From Carcharhinus longimanus (lineage: Eukaryota), in NCBI GenBank assembly GCA_030264375.1, contig JASCQW010000156.1, positions 23,974,887 through 24,038,886 of the forward strand: a DNA stretch of 64,000 nucleotides, written 5' to 3'. The first letter of the stretch is position 1. Each line of letters starts with the position of its first letter. The notes beneath the pieces were generated by a model. It was not told where the DNA came from, searched no databases, and saw nothing but the letters and a program-made list of their open reading frames with translations. Positions 12,204 through 23,639 of the stretch are shown here, in pieces. A program made the translations under genes and the position numbers.

Positions 12204-12496
12204 GGCATGGTGGGACGGTGGTTAGCATGCTGCCCCACAGTGCCAGGACCTGAGTTTGATTCCTGGCTTGGGTTACTGTCTGTGCAGAGTCTGCATATTC
12301 TCCCCGTGTCTGCGTAGGTTTCCTCCTGGTGCTCCAGTTTCCTCCCACAGTCTGAAAGACGTGCTGGTTAGGTGGATTGGCCATGCCAAATTCTCCCTCG
12401 GTGTACCTGAACAGCGGAGTGTGGTGCCGAGGGGATTTTCAAAGTAACTTCATTGCAGTGTTAATGTAAGCCTACTTGTGACACTAATGAGCTTTA
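12204..12496 (+). mobile_element. V-domain tRNA SINE, alternative tail
   Basis: Head, V core and GTAACTTCATTGCAGTGTTAATGTAAGCCTACTTGTGACAC tail. Confidence 0.9.
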
Positions 12497-12781
12497 ATAT
12501 CATAGAACTATACTGTATTCAGACACATGTATTCATTTATGTCTTTATTATATAGCTAAAATACTTGTATTTATATAGGACCTATCACACTCTGAATATG
12601 TCCCAAATGTATTTATGTAAGAAGCTTCTGGAATATGCCATGGAACGTTTTTTAAACTACAAAACTAGTTATTATTGCTAATGCATTTAAAACAATAGAA
12701 ATGACAATTTGAGGGAAACAATTTTTGTCGTTTCCTTCTATGTTCAGTGTTAACAAGAAGTATAATAGTTTATAAACCAAA

Positions 12782-12969
12782 ATGTGTGGGTTAGGTTGAT
12801 TGGCTATGCTAAAAAAAAACCCTTAGTGTCCTGAGATGTGTAGGTTAGAGGGATTAGTGGGTAAATATGTAGGGATATGAGGGTATGGCCTGGGTGGGAT
12901 TGTGGACGGTGCAGACTCGATGGGCCAAATGGCCTCTTCCTGCACTGTAGGGTTTTTATGATTCTATGA
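12782..12969 (+). mobile_element. 3' half of V-domain SINE, CR1-type tail
   Basis: GGTGCAGACTCGATGGGCCAAATGGCC...ATTCTATG. Confidence 0.85.
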
Positions 12970-13004
12970 ATACTTTGTTCTTCCAACTAAGAAAGAAAAA
13001 TCTC

Positions 13005-13755
13005 TGCCCGCCCTCACCAATTTACATCAAAAAGTGGGGCGTGAACCATGAGTTGGCTGACTCGCTGATTGACAGCGGGTTTCGCCTGCTCTCCTTTCCG
13101 GGCTGCGGAGGTATCCCTGCCTGCCTGGTGCTGCGGCCGGCCGGGCAGAGCGCTAGGCGCGCGGGGTTGGCGAGTCCCAGCGCTGGAAGTAGTTCCGGGT
13201 GTAGGCCGAGCCTGGCGCTGAGAACGGACCGGGACCGGGACTTGGGAAAGCGGGAGCGGCCCTGCCCTGCCAGCGGCCGCGACCACCCCCCCAACTACCC
13301 ACAGGCGGGGTCGGGCGTCGGGGAACCCGGGCCTCTCCCCAGGGTGGGGGTGACGACGACGACGACCAGAGGCCCGACGCCGGGGGGAAGCGCTGGGAGA
13401 GAGGGTGAGTCTGAACGGGGAGGAGGGAGGAGGAGGAGGAGGAGGAGGGAGGGGGGGACTGAGCCCCGGGGAGTGGCGCCCAACTCGAGCCTCACTGGGG
13501 GGAGGGGGAGGGGGGATGAGGGGGGAGGGGGGAGGCAGAAACCGAGCCAGCTCACCTCAACCCTGATAAACCATCGGTAACCCAGGTCTAAAATAGACCC
13601 TGGGGCCCAGTATGGGGAGCAGACCGCTCATTAGGCCTGGAGTAGAGGCGGGCATCCCCGGGGCCTGGCGCTGGAGCAGCTCTGGCGGGCCTGCTGGGGG
13701 GATCTGTAATGATGGGGGAAGTGGGAAGGGTGCAAGGCAATGACACAAGCGACAG
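13005..13755 (+). promoter_or_regulatory. CpG-island promoter of an unidentified gene
   Basis: The only GC- and CpG-rich block in the window; GC boxes (CCGCCC 13008, GGGGCGTG 13036), CCAAT 13017, paired ETS-like sites GGAAGT-AG-TTCCGG 13185-13198. Confidence 0.85.
13195..13404 (+). other. Probable non-coding first exon (start approximate)
   Basis: Consensus donor AGG|GTGAGT with GT at 13405-13406 inside the island; no ATG between 13195 and 13404; downstream unique DNA looks T/G-skewed, as for a + strand intron (qualitative). Confidence 0.6.
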
Positions 13756-14123
13756 ACCAGGATTACTGTCTAATGACCAGCTTTCTTTATCTGTAAAGAG
13801 CTGCTGAGAGGAATACCTGAGACATCTTGTTTACTGTGCTTAATTTTAGCACTGGAAATGGTGGCATTTCAATATTAAATGCTGTATTCTTCCCCCATTT
13901 TGTTTATAAATGTTTCATGTACATGCGAGGTTTGATTATATTTTACGTCTCTTATGGGTAATCCAGCACGCAGGCACTTGGATTTCGGTGGTGACATAAT
14001 GATGGGTGTGTGAAATACTCACACTGGTTAGTGCCCCTCTTCGATTGTGAAACGCCTCAATGCTACAATCTAGATTTTGCCCTTTTCAACTTGGGTTGTC
14101 TGAAGAGTGGATTTTTAAGATGT

Positions 14124-14410
14124 GGACGGCACAGTGGTTAACACTGCTGCCTCACAGTGCCAGGGACCTGGATTTTATTTCTGGCTTGGGTCACTGTCGG
14201 TGTGGAGTCTGCACATTCTCCCTGTGTCTGCGTGGGTTTCCTCCGGGTGCTCCAGTTTCCTCCCACAGTCCGAAAGATGTGCTGGTTAGGGTGGATTGGC
14301 CGTGCTAAATTCTCCCTCAGTGTAACCCGAGGGAGACTGCGGGCTTTTCACAGTAACTTCATTGCAGTGTTAATGTAAGCCGACTTGTGACAAATAAATA
14401 AGGTTTAAAT
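14124..14410 (+). mobile_element. V-domain tRNA SINE, alternative tail
   Basis: Head, V core and alternative tail ending GTGACAAATAAATA. Confidence 0.9.
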
Positions 14411-14972
14411 AAATGAAATTGAGATACAGATCAATCAGGATGTATTGAATAGTAGAAGATGCTGGGGAGAGGCCTGCCTGCCTCCTGTTCCATATTCCTG
14501 TTCTGCAGATTAATGCACACCTGAATAAGGTTATTATTTTAAGATCTCAGATGTACACCAGAGCTTTTCTGCAATCTTTGCAAATAATAGGAGAATAATT
14601 AATGCATGATCCTGGAAACAGACAGGCAGCAAGAGGCACAAGTCACAGGATGGCTGGGATTACAGTGGCAGCTGTTTGTATTTTTGCTCTTTAGGGAAAA
14701 GGTGGAGAACTCATTAGCAATTTCAGCAAAATGGAACGATTATTGTTTTAACTCAACTGACTCAAAACTGTGTTCCAAGAAAAATAAACTGCAGGTAAAC
14801 TTCCGGCTCATCCAATTTCTAGGATTGGGACTCGGACTCTTTTTTAGGATGTGAAATTATTATTTCTATATTTATAACTAAAAGTCAATTCCGATAAAGG
14901 TTCTTGATGACTTTGGGAAAAAAATGGAAACAGGCGGAATCTCAAATTCAGGCTGTGGCATGAATCTTTCAA

Positions 14973-15272
14973 GGGTGGCACGGTGGCACAGTGGGTTAAC
15001 GCTGCTGCCTCACAGCACCAGGGACCTGGGATCGATTCCAGCCTCGGGTCACTGTCTGTGTGGAGTTTGCACATTCTCCCCATGTCTGCGTGGGTTTCCT
15101 CCAGGTGCTCTGGTTTCCTCCGCAGTGTGTCGCTTGATGTCCCAGGATGTGTAGATTAGCAGGATAAATGTGTGGGGTTATGGGGGTGGCAGCCAGGTTA
15201 AGATACTCTGTCAGAGAGCTGGTGCAGACTGGATGGGCCGAATGGCCTCTTCCTGCACTGTAGGGATTCTGT
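14973..15272 (+). mobile_element. V-domain tRNA SINE, CR1-type tail, internal deletion
   Basis: GGGTGGCACGGTGGCACAGTGG head; tail GTAGGGATTCTGTG. Confidence 0.9.
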
Positions 15273-15445
15273 GTATCATCACCCAAGGTGGGCAGATGCC
15301 AGGAAGATGCTGTTGTTGGGTAAATATCTTCTTTAAACCTCTCTTTGGCCAGGGGATGTAAAACTGAAGGTTAATTGTGAATATTGGTGACGATTTTGTG
15401 TGTTGTTGGCTGTAACAATATCATTGCTAACCAATCAGAGCTTGA

Positions 15446-15693
15446 GCAGTGCCAGAGAACCAGCCAGTGGTGAACCCAGCACTGTTGCAGTGCCAGAGGA
15501 CCAGCCAGTGGTGAACCCAGCACTTCTGCAGTGCCAGAGAACCAGCCAGTGGTGAACCCAGCACTGCTGCAGTGCCAGAGGACCAGCCAGTGGTGAACCC
15601 AGCACTGCTGCAGTGCCAGAGAACCAGCCAGTGGTGAACCCAGCACTGCTGCAGTGCCAGAAGACCAGCCAGTGGTGAACCCAGCACTGCTGC
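15446..15693. repeat. 41-bp minisatellite, 6 copies
   Basis: Unit GCAGTGCCAGAGAACCAGCCAGTGGTGAACCCAGCACTGCT starts at 15446, 15487, 15528, 15569, 15610 and 15651. Confidence 0.97.
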
Positions 15694-15707
15694 CAATTCA
15701 CCTAACT

Positions 15708-15855
15708 CAGTGGGACATGTAGACAGAGTCAGTGGATGGGAGGCTGGTTTGTGTGATGGAATGGGCTACATTCATGACCTTTTGTAGTTCCTTGTGGTCT
15801 TGGGCAGAGCAGGAGCCCAGACCAAGCTGTGATACAACCAGAAAGAATGCTTTCT
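15708..15855 (-). mobile_element. Rex1/Babar-like LINE fragment
   Basis: Matches 44260-44402; minus-strand remnant CSAQDHKELQKVMNVAHSITQTSLPSTDSVY. Confidence 0.65.
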
Positions 15856-15955
15856 NNNNNNNNNNNNNNNNNNNNNNNNNNNNNNNNNNNNNNNNNNNNN
15901 NNNNNNNNNNNNNNNNNNNNNNNNNNNNNNNNNNNNNNNNNNNNNNNNNNNNNNN

Positions 15956-16198
15956 CTGGATTTTATTTCTGGCTTGGGTCACTGTTGGTGTGGAGTCTGC
16001 ACATTCTCCCTGTGTCTGCGTGGGTTTCCTCCGGGTGCTCCAGTTTCCTTCCATAGTCCGAAAGACATGCTGGTTAGGTACGTTGGCTATGCTAAATTCT
16101 CCCTCAGTGTACCCGAACAGCCGCCAGAGTGTGGTGACTAGGGAATTTTCACAGTAACTTCATTGCAGCGTTAATATAAGCCTACTTGTGACACTGCT
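15956..16198 (+). mobile_element. V-domain tRNA SINE, alternative tail (5' end in gap)
   Basis: V core and alternative tail. Confidence 0.85.
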
Positions 16199-18499
16199 TA
16201 AAAAAAAGTACGGGTCTTGTCTGTCAGGGTTGCATTGGTGAGATCAATTCAAGATGAACTGGAGTATTATAGATTGTGAAAGCATAACACTAGAAATCTA
16301 GTCAGTTTCTGATATGTGCAGTATATTCTTTATATAGTACACGTCAAGTCTTGTCCAGTGTGTATGGAATAGATGGCAGTTTACTGTTCTTCCTGATGGG
16401 AGGAAGCATTGTCTTTGAGTCCGTAATGCCACCTAAACAACTGTTGTGCAATATCTTATGTCGTGATTTAACATCAAGGAGCATGTGTGAGATTCTGTAC
16501 AGATTTAACTATTATTAATTGTTGTGGTGTAATTGTCCATTTACACTGAGGGGCTGAATAACTTTATTCGCGCAGAGAACAAATAATCCCAGGAAGTAAT
16601 TTTAGATTATTCTGATTGAATTTTCCTATACATTCAACTGTTGGCTTTTTTGAGGTAGCAAACAGATTTGAGTGAGCCTGTCAGGTTTTCAGGTCTGGTG
16701 GCAGCTGTTTGAGTGACACAGAGTCAGGCCTGAAAACGAGTGCCCCGCAAGCCTGCAGTTAGAATTTCCAGAATCCGAGGGGAAATAATTTTTGAAATTC
16801 TATTTGGGGCGTGGAGATATTTTTTGATGAGTTTTACTCATTCTCCACCATCCTCAAATACCTCTTAAATGTATTTTGCTGCTACTGAGGTATGTTTTTT
16901 TTTTAATGGCCATTACTCAAGTACTGAACAGTATGTCTGTAATTAGGTTATTTGACTGAGGCCAATCTTGGCCATAGTTGATGTCTACTCATGCACACTT
17001 TCCAGCAGAGGTCACTAGATAGCAATCAAGAGTGGGAACTCTGCCTAATTTGTTTTCATTGAGGCTTATCACAGTAATTTCTTTCCACCTTGGATCAGCT
17101 AATTCAGCATAGCCTGAAAATCAAAAGTATGGTCTTTGGATTTGTGTTGCATTGTTTGTTGCCTTTTTCAAAAGGTCATTTGGAAAACCTTTAAATACTT
17201 ATATAAGTTAATAAGTAAATAAGTTTCAGGATGTTCTTTTAAAATGTAAAGTTTCTTGCACTGGTATTTTGCTTGGGATATCATAATGAATTTTAGCTGA
17301 GGAACACAGAGAGAAAGGTGGAGAAATGACCACACATTTGTACTAAAGCATTCAGAAGTACATAATGGGCATAAAGTGCTGTTTCTTCGTGAGAATGTTT
17401 TACTTTTAGCACCCCAAAAGTAAGGTACAGGTTGTTTATTTCTGTGTGATTCACACCTGGAATTTATGACCCTTTTCCTACTTACAGTATATTGTGGCTG
17501 CTTTGTGATTAAAGTTTAGGTTCTCCAATTGCCATCCCACTGACACGGCAAAGAAGAAAGCCAAATCTATCCAATTCCATTTGTTTTAAAATGTCAAGAC
17601 TCAACCTTCTTTGAAGATAGGGTTGCACAGTTATTTTTTCTCTGTGATTCTGTCCTGTGAATGTTGTTTAACAGCACCTTTGAATGAGCCAGTCAGTCAG
17701 TGAATGCATTCATGACACCACGTTGCATCCCTTGTATTATGGCAGCTTCGGATTTTTTCCTTTCCCACATACCTATTGGGTGTCTGAATTGTTGTCTGAT
17801 GATTCTGGGTTCTTATGAGTGAGTTGTTACCAGGTTTGCCTTCATTTTGGAGAGTGCTTCAAGCACTGGGGTGAATTAAATTTGCTGTTTTACTTTTCCA
17901 TTGGCGTTTGTTGAGTTTCTAAATGATTTTTTCAGTGTTCTACTTTTTTGTGAAGAGCTGTGGGTCAGTTTATTATACTGAAGATACCATAAAAGTGCAG
18001 GATTTTGTTTGTAATGTTACTAAGTACATGGTGAAGATTTTGCTGGTCCTTAAAATTATTGCAAGTGTTCCCTGTTACTTCAGCATGCGAAAGTAGAAAC
18101 TGAAATTGGAAGAAAATGACATTTGAATAGCTTGAAACTGGTTATTCCAAGGAGCAGAGATATTTCTTTTTCTGCATTTTCGAAATACTAAAATTATGTG
18201 ACACTCAAGGTTTTGATGAAACAACATTCTCAGCTCATAAGAATTTATTATTTAGGTAGTTTTGGATTCATGTATCATGGGGTCTACCCCATGCTCAACA
18301 ACCTACATTGGCTCTGGTCCCTTAGTTAGAGTGCCAGTAGCTTTATTTTCAGGTGCAAGTAATGTTGTCAAAATCTTGACCTTTTGTGGGACTGGTGTAT
18401 GTTCTTTTTGTGACAGAGAAGTGAGACTTTCATCAGGACACAAAGTAAATGTATGTTGAACATTTTCATGCTTCGGTTGATGCTTTACTGGTGTTTGGT

Positions 18500-18877
18500 C
18501 CTTTTCTTCACGTTTACTTAATTCCCTTACTTAAAAGTTTTACTTGTTTTGACTCCCTCCATGCTCCAGCCTCTTCCCCCAACCTTATCTTTGTAACCTC
18601 CTTCAGTCCTGCAACTCTACCAGACATTTGTGCTTCTCCAATTCTGGGTCCATGTGCATTCATGATTTTCATTGCTGCACCATTGGTGATCATGTCTTCA
18701 GTTGCCAAGGTCCTAAACTCTGACATTTCCCCTTTGAACCTCTCCAACATTCATCCTTTTCTCCTTTTAAGCTGTTCTTTAAAACCTACCTGACCAGGTT
18801 TCTGGCTGTCTGTCCTATTATCCCCTTGTATGGATCAATGTATTTTATTTTCTTTCATGAAGTGTCTTTGGACACTT
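18500..18877 (+). mobile_element. Old L2-like LINE 3' fragment
   Basis: Pyrimidine-rich decayed 3' end ...CTTTAAAACCTACC...TGACCAGG; complementary to the minus-strand copies. Confidence 0.5.
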
Positions 18878-19042
18878 TAGAATCCCTGTAGTGCAGAAGG
18901 AGGCCTTTCAGCTCATCGAGTCTGCAGTGACCATAATCCTATCCAGGCCCTACCTCCATAACCCTATGCATGTACCCTGACACAAAGGGGCAATTTAGTA
19001 TGACCAGTCCATCTAACCCACACATCTTTGGACTGTAGGAGG
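18878..19042 (-). mobile_element. 3' half of V-domain SINE, CR1-type tail
   Basis: TAGAATCCCTGTAGTGCAGAAGGAGGCC... running into a gap. Confidence 0.8.
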
Positions 19043-19142
19043 NNNNNNNNNNNNNNNNNNNNNNNNNNNNNNNNNNNNNNNNNNNNNNNNNNNNNNNNNN
19101 NNNNNNNNNNNNNNNNNNNNNNNNNNNNNNNNNNNNNNNNNN

Positions 19143-19400
19143 GATCTTATTGAATGGCAGGGCAGGCTCGAAGGGCTAGATGGCCTACTCCTGCTCCTAT
19201 TTCTTATGTTCTTATGTTCGCTGTTCCTTCACTGTCACTTGGTCAAAATCCTGAAACAGCACTGTGGGTGCACCTAAACCACGTGAACTTCAGCTGCTCA
19301 TGAAGGCTGCTCACCACCACCTTCTCAAGGGCAATTAGGGATGGACAATAAATGCTGGCCTAGCCAGCGATGTCTATGTCCCTTGAATGAATAAAAAGAA
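19143..19400 (+). mobile_element. CR1 3' tail (19143-19219) followed by the 3' end of another LINE family
   Basis: TTCTTATGTTCTTATG tail, then CACCACCTTCTCAAGGGCAATTAGGGATGG...GAATGAATAAAAA. Confidence 0.7.
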
Positions 19401-20353
19401 GCATTTCACTGAATAGAACGCCGCTACTTGAAGCAAACAGGTAGATTCAAAATTAGAGCGATGGAGCGAATTCAATAAATGTCACAAGACACTCCACAAG
19501 GGGATTATCAGGTAAAATCTAACAACAAGTCACATAAGGAGATGAGCAGAAACGTGGTCAAAAGTTCAGTTTTAAGCAACGTCTTCTGAGAGGAAAAGAG
19601 GTGCAGAGGTGAGGAACGAGGTGGAGAAGAGGAAAGAGAAGGAGAGAGGTGGAGAGAAGAGGAGATGGAGAGGAGGACAGGAGCAGAGGAGAGATGCAGC
19701 GAGGTGGAGAGTATAGGGAGGGGTTTCTGGAGTTTGAGTCCAACATGGCGGGAGGCATGTCTGCCAATGATGTTATAGCAAAGTGAGGAAGCTCCAGAGG
19801 CCAGAATGAGAAGAATGTTAAGTTATGGGAGGGTGGTTGGGTTGAAGGAGATGACGGAGGTAAAGATGGTGCAATGGAGGGATTTGAACACAAGGATGAG
19901 AACCTGTCTACATTAGTGAACAATACATTCACCCACAAATGTCCAGCTTCAGTGAGCAAAATAGCTTTAAACTATCTTTAATCTGTTTCTTTTCCCCCTT
20001 GGCATGAAGTATTTTAATGAACTTGCTTTTAAAACTAAAGAGAATACAACTGTGCTTTTATGCTTCACATTACAAAGGGGGTCTCTGTGTAAGTTAAAGC
20101 ATCATCGATAGGAGCTGGGAAAGGCATGAAATAGAGATTTCAGTGAATGACATTTAACCCCTTTAATAAGCCAAGGATTTATCACAGAATCCAGGATCCT
20201 ATGTATCACATTGAGTCATGTATTATAAAGATAGACTTACTGGGGCAAAAGTCAGCTTTACCACATTGGGGCACATTGGACCAATAGCTTCACTGGGTTT
20301 TGGGAGGGTGGGTCACCTTCTGACTTTTCAATATCACAGCATGGGAAAAACAT

Positions 20354-20663
20354 TTTTAAAAAGTTTTTTTTTCAGTTTCTTTGTTAGTGTCAGAAGTAGG
20401 CTTACATTAACACTGCAATGAAGTTACTGTGAAAACCCCCGTCACCTGTTCAGGTACACTGAGGGAGAATTTAGCATGGCCAATGTACCTAAACAGCATG
20501 TCTTTCAGACTGTGGGAGAAAACCAGAGCACCCTGAGGGAAACCCACACGGACATGGGGAGCATGTGCAGACTTCACACAGACTGTGACCCAAGCCAGGA
20601 ATCAAACTTGAGTCCCTGGCACTGTGAGGCAGCAGCGCTAACCACTGTGCCACCGTGCCACCC
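20354..20663 (-). mobile_element. V-domain tRNA SINE, alternative tail
   Basis: Reverse complement of head, V core and alternative tail. Confidence 0.9.
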
Positions 20664-23639
20664 ATTTGCCTTTACTACCATCAAGGTGCTATATAAAATG
20701 CAAGTTGTTATACAAGTGCACTCAAATCTAATAGCAATGTATTTGCATTTCTTACTATCCTTGGAATACCTTCAAAGCAGCATGCTCAGAATTCTAAGGT
20801 TGATGAAGGGGAGAAACCTTCTATTACGTTGCAGTTTTTGTAGCCATTTGTTTGCTCCTTCCTTCAGGTTTGCCCCCTAAAATATACTTCATTATTCTTT
20901 AACAAATTTTATGAATATGTATTACAGTTCTAATTTGACATTAGATAAAGTGCAATACCAATCAGTTTCTTTCAGTAGAGTACAGGAGGTGCCTCAGTAC
21001 ACTTGCTATTACATATTATGTTTAGATTTAGACATTCACATTGTATGTCAAACATTCTGTGTTGCATACAGCCTCAGGGATTTCACATGGGGGCTTCTAG
21101 CTTCTCGGTTTACCATGGCGAGTGGGCCTCAGAGGCTTTATCCCACTGAGCCTTTGTGGCTGTTTCCCCAAAGTTTAATGCATCCCTCTGTATGTAGTAC
21201 TGGACTTTGGAATCAGCCTGGAACACCCTGGCATCCATAACTCTGTACAGTGGAAGGTCAGCATGTTTCAGGGGAACGAAGAAACATCTTTCAGTGAGTT
21301 GATTGGTCGTCCAGCAGCAGTTGATCGTACCAAGGGGGATGTGAACTATTTAGCCATCAGATTATGCCTGAATGTTTTCCCTTCTCTATAATTGGAAGCC
21401 ACCAAGCCCAAGTGTTGTGCACTTATCTTTGCCCAAGCTGAATTAACCTCCCTGAAAACAAACTGGTGAATTGAAACCTGGCACCTTCTGCTCCATGCAG
21501 CTCAGCTGTGCACTTGCCTTACCAGCTGAGCTGTGCCAACAGAGTGCTCAGCAAGTAGTTGTAATGAGATTAAGGGTTCCAGATGCTTGTTTCAATTTAA
21601 AATGCATATGAAATGGTGTCATTTTGTTGCTGAGATTTCTGCATGGCACCACTCCTCCCTGTGATAACTGTGTGTGGTCTTGGGGAGGGGGGTGTATTTT
21701 TATAATTCATACATCTTCTGTTTGGTATCATTTCTGTCATGAGAATTGCTGCATTTGTGCTTCTTTGCTCTTCGTCTGCTTGGATTCAGCTGGTACAGGA
21801 ATGAATATATGGCAGCTAAAATTTGGGCATGCAGCCAGGATTTAAATTGATGGGATTTGGGTGTACAAGCCAAGTGAAGAGGTTAAAGAGAACCCTTTTT
21901 ACTTTTTAGTTAGCGTGAATTGGATTGTAATGTGTTTTTTCACCTATGCCTACACAATACTATCCTGGAGTTGCAGGAGGGAAAAACCATTATCTTTCAC
22001 CTGTCTGGTTACATTCTTATTCTTAAAGCAGTGACATTAAATCATCATGGAGACTGTGTCTAGATTTGAGACTCTAAGGGTGCACTCTTGGAACTGAATT
22101 GATCCCTGGCGGACTCTAACCTTGTGCCTTTGCCAGACATGCCCACAGTAATTTAGGGTACTGCTGATTGACCAGTTATTCTGGGTCATTCTTGTGTCCT
22201 GGAATGATGGATCTTTCATAAGGGCCTGAGATTCTTCCCATTCTAATCCAGATAATCCTGGTAAAATTTCAGCACCATCCCAATGCATGCGAGTGCTTAT
22301 AAGCTTTGGCTGATAAACTGCCTTTAAATTCTCTGGGTTCATGTAATTCATTGGGTGTTGAAAAAATGTGCACTCCACGCATTTCAAGAAAAGCTGCTTA
22401 TGTAAATTTCTCAGGCATTTCAACTTGACGGATTTCAGTATGTCAAGTATTAAAGTAACAAAAAAGGATGAGCTCTTGACTGGAAAATTTCAGAAATGGT
22501 TGACTAAGTCTATAATGCTTTTAAATCGAAGAGTGAGGCTATTTGTGCACACTTGCATATGCTTTTGTGGAACAGAATCAAGTCTTGCACTTCCCAGCAA
22601 TCCAGCGGAAATGTGCCCTAAAATTAAAATGCTATTTTCTTTCTCACGCTCCAGCAGTATGCTTGAGTAGCTTGATGTTCTTGACAGTTGTGTGATTTGT
22701 TACAGCATTTGGGCAATGCTGTAACAGCCCTACTGGTATCTTTTAGCCAAAAAAAATGGTAATTCAGTAGATAGTGGCATAATTTTAGACCCAGGTGTTC
22801 GCAAAACTCTAGCTCATTCCAGCATTCCTTTCCTGCATCAGGCATTGCAGTCTTCATGTAGTTATTTTCTGGGAGCTGTTCAATTCAAATATGACTTCTC
22901 AGAAGCTGAAGCACCCAAGGTGTGTGACCAGATGTTGTGATTCTAGGAAATAACTAAAGCTGCAGTTTAAGGTTGCACCTGAATTTGAAAATAACATTGG
23001 AGGTGCAAATAAGAGAAAAGCTGGAAACTTGATTTGCAGAGTGTGTTGAGTTATCAGAACTAAGCACCAGGAGCAGGACTTTCTAAAGTTATTGCAAGAC
23101 GAGCAAGGAAGAGTGGAATGACATAACTGGGTTTGAAGCATTGGCTCCCAAGTCTGCAGTTGCATTTATCTGGTAGCTCTTTAGTATCCTACACATTGGT
23201 TCATTTACGTGTGTGCATCCAGAAATTGAGTGTGTGCTGACCATTTAATCAGGACCATTTTCCAGCAGCAGCGATTCAGCAAGAACCCAGACCGAAAATT
23301 TTTTGGTTTGTAGGAATTTATTCTTTTACATCGGAACAGTCCTAATGACTGTTTAGGGGACTTATATCCCTACTGGGGTTTAATCCAATAGGGGATATAA
23401 TATGAACACAAAATTCTGGCAGCATCTGTGGAGAGAGAAACTTAACTTTTCAGAATGATGACCCAATGTCAGAACTGGGAGTACTTGATTTGTTTATCAA
23501 GAAATTTTACAAATTACACATTTTGGGACACCACCTTATTTTTTTCAACTCTGTACAGAGAAATGCAAACCATTAAGTAGTTCAACCAGAACAATGAGGG
23601 AATTTTCTAACAGGGACTAGCGCCAAGCATTTAATACCT

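Noticed and set aside
12966-13580. 204-aa ORF across the CpG island
   Set aside because: It starts in a SINE tail, is low complexity, and is explained by stop-codon scarcity in GC-rich DNA.
15446-15693. CRISPR array, coding repeat or CTCF site array
   Set aside because: No unique spacers; 41 is not a multiple of 3. TGCAGTGCC resembles the CTCF upstream motif, but the following CCAGCCAGTGGTGA lacks the core AG and the spacing looks too short.
19600-19720. Purine-rich GGAGA tract and the 133-aa minus-strand ORF
   Set aside because: Simple-sequence expansion inside an L2-like fragment.
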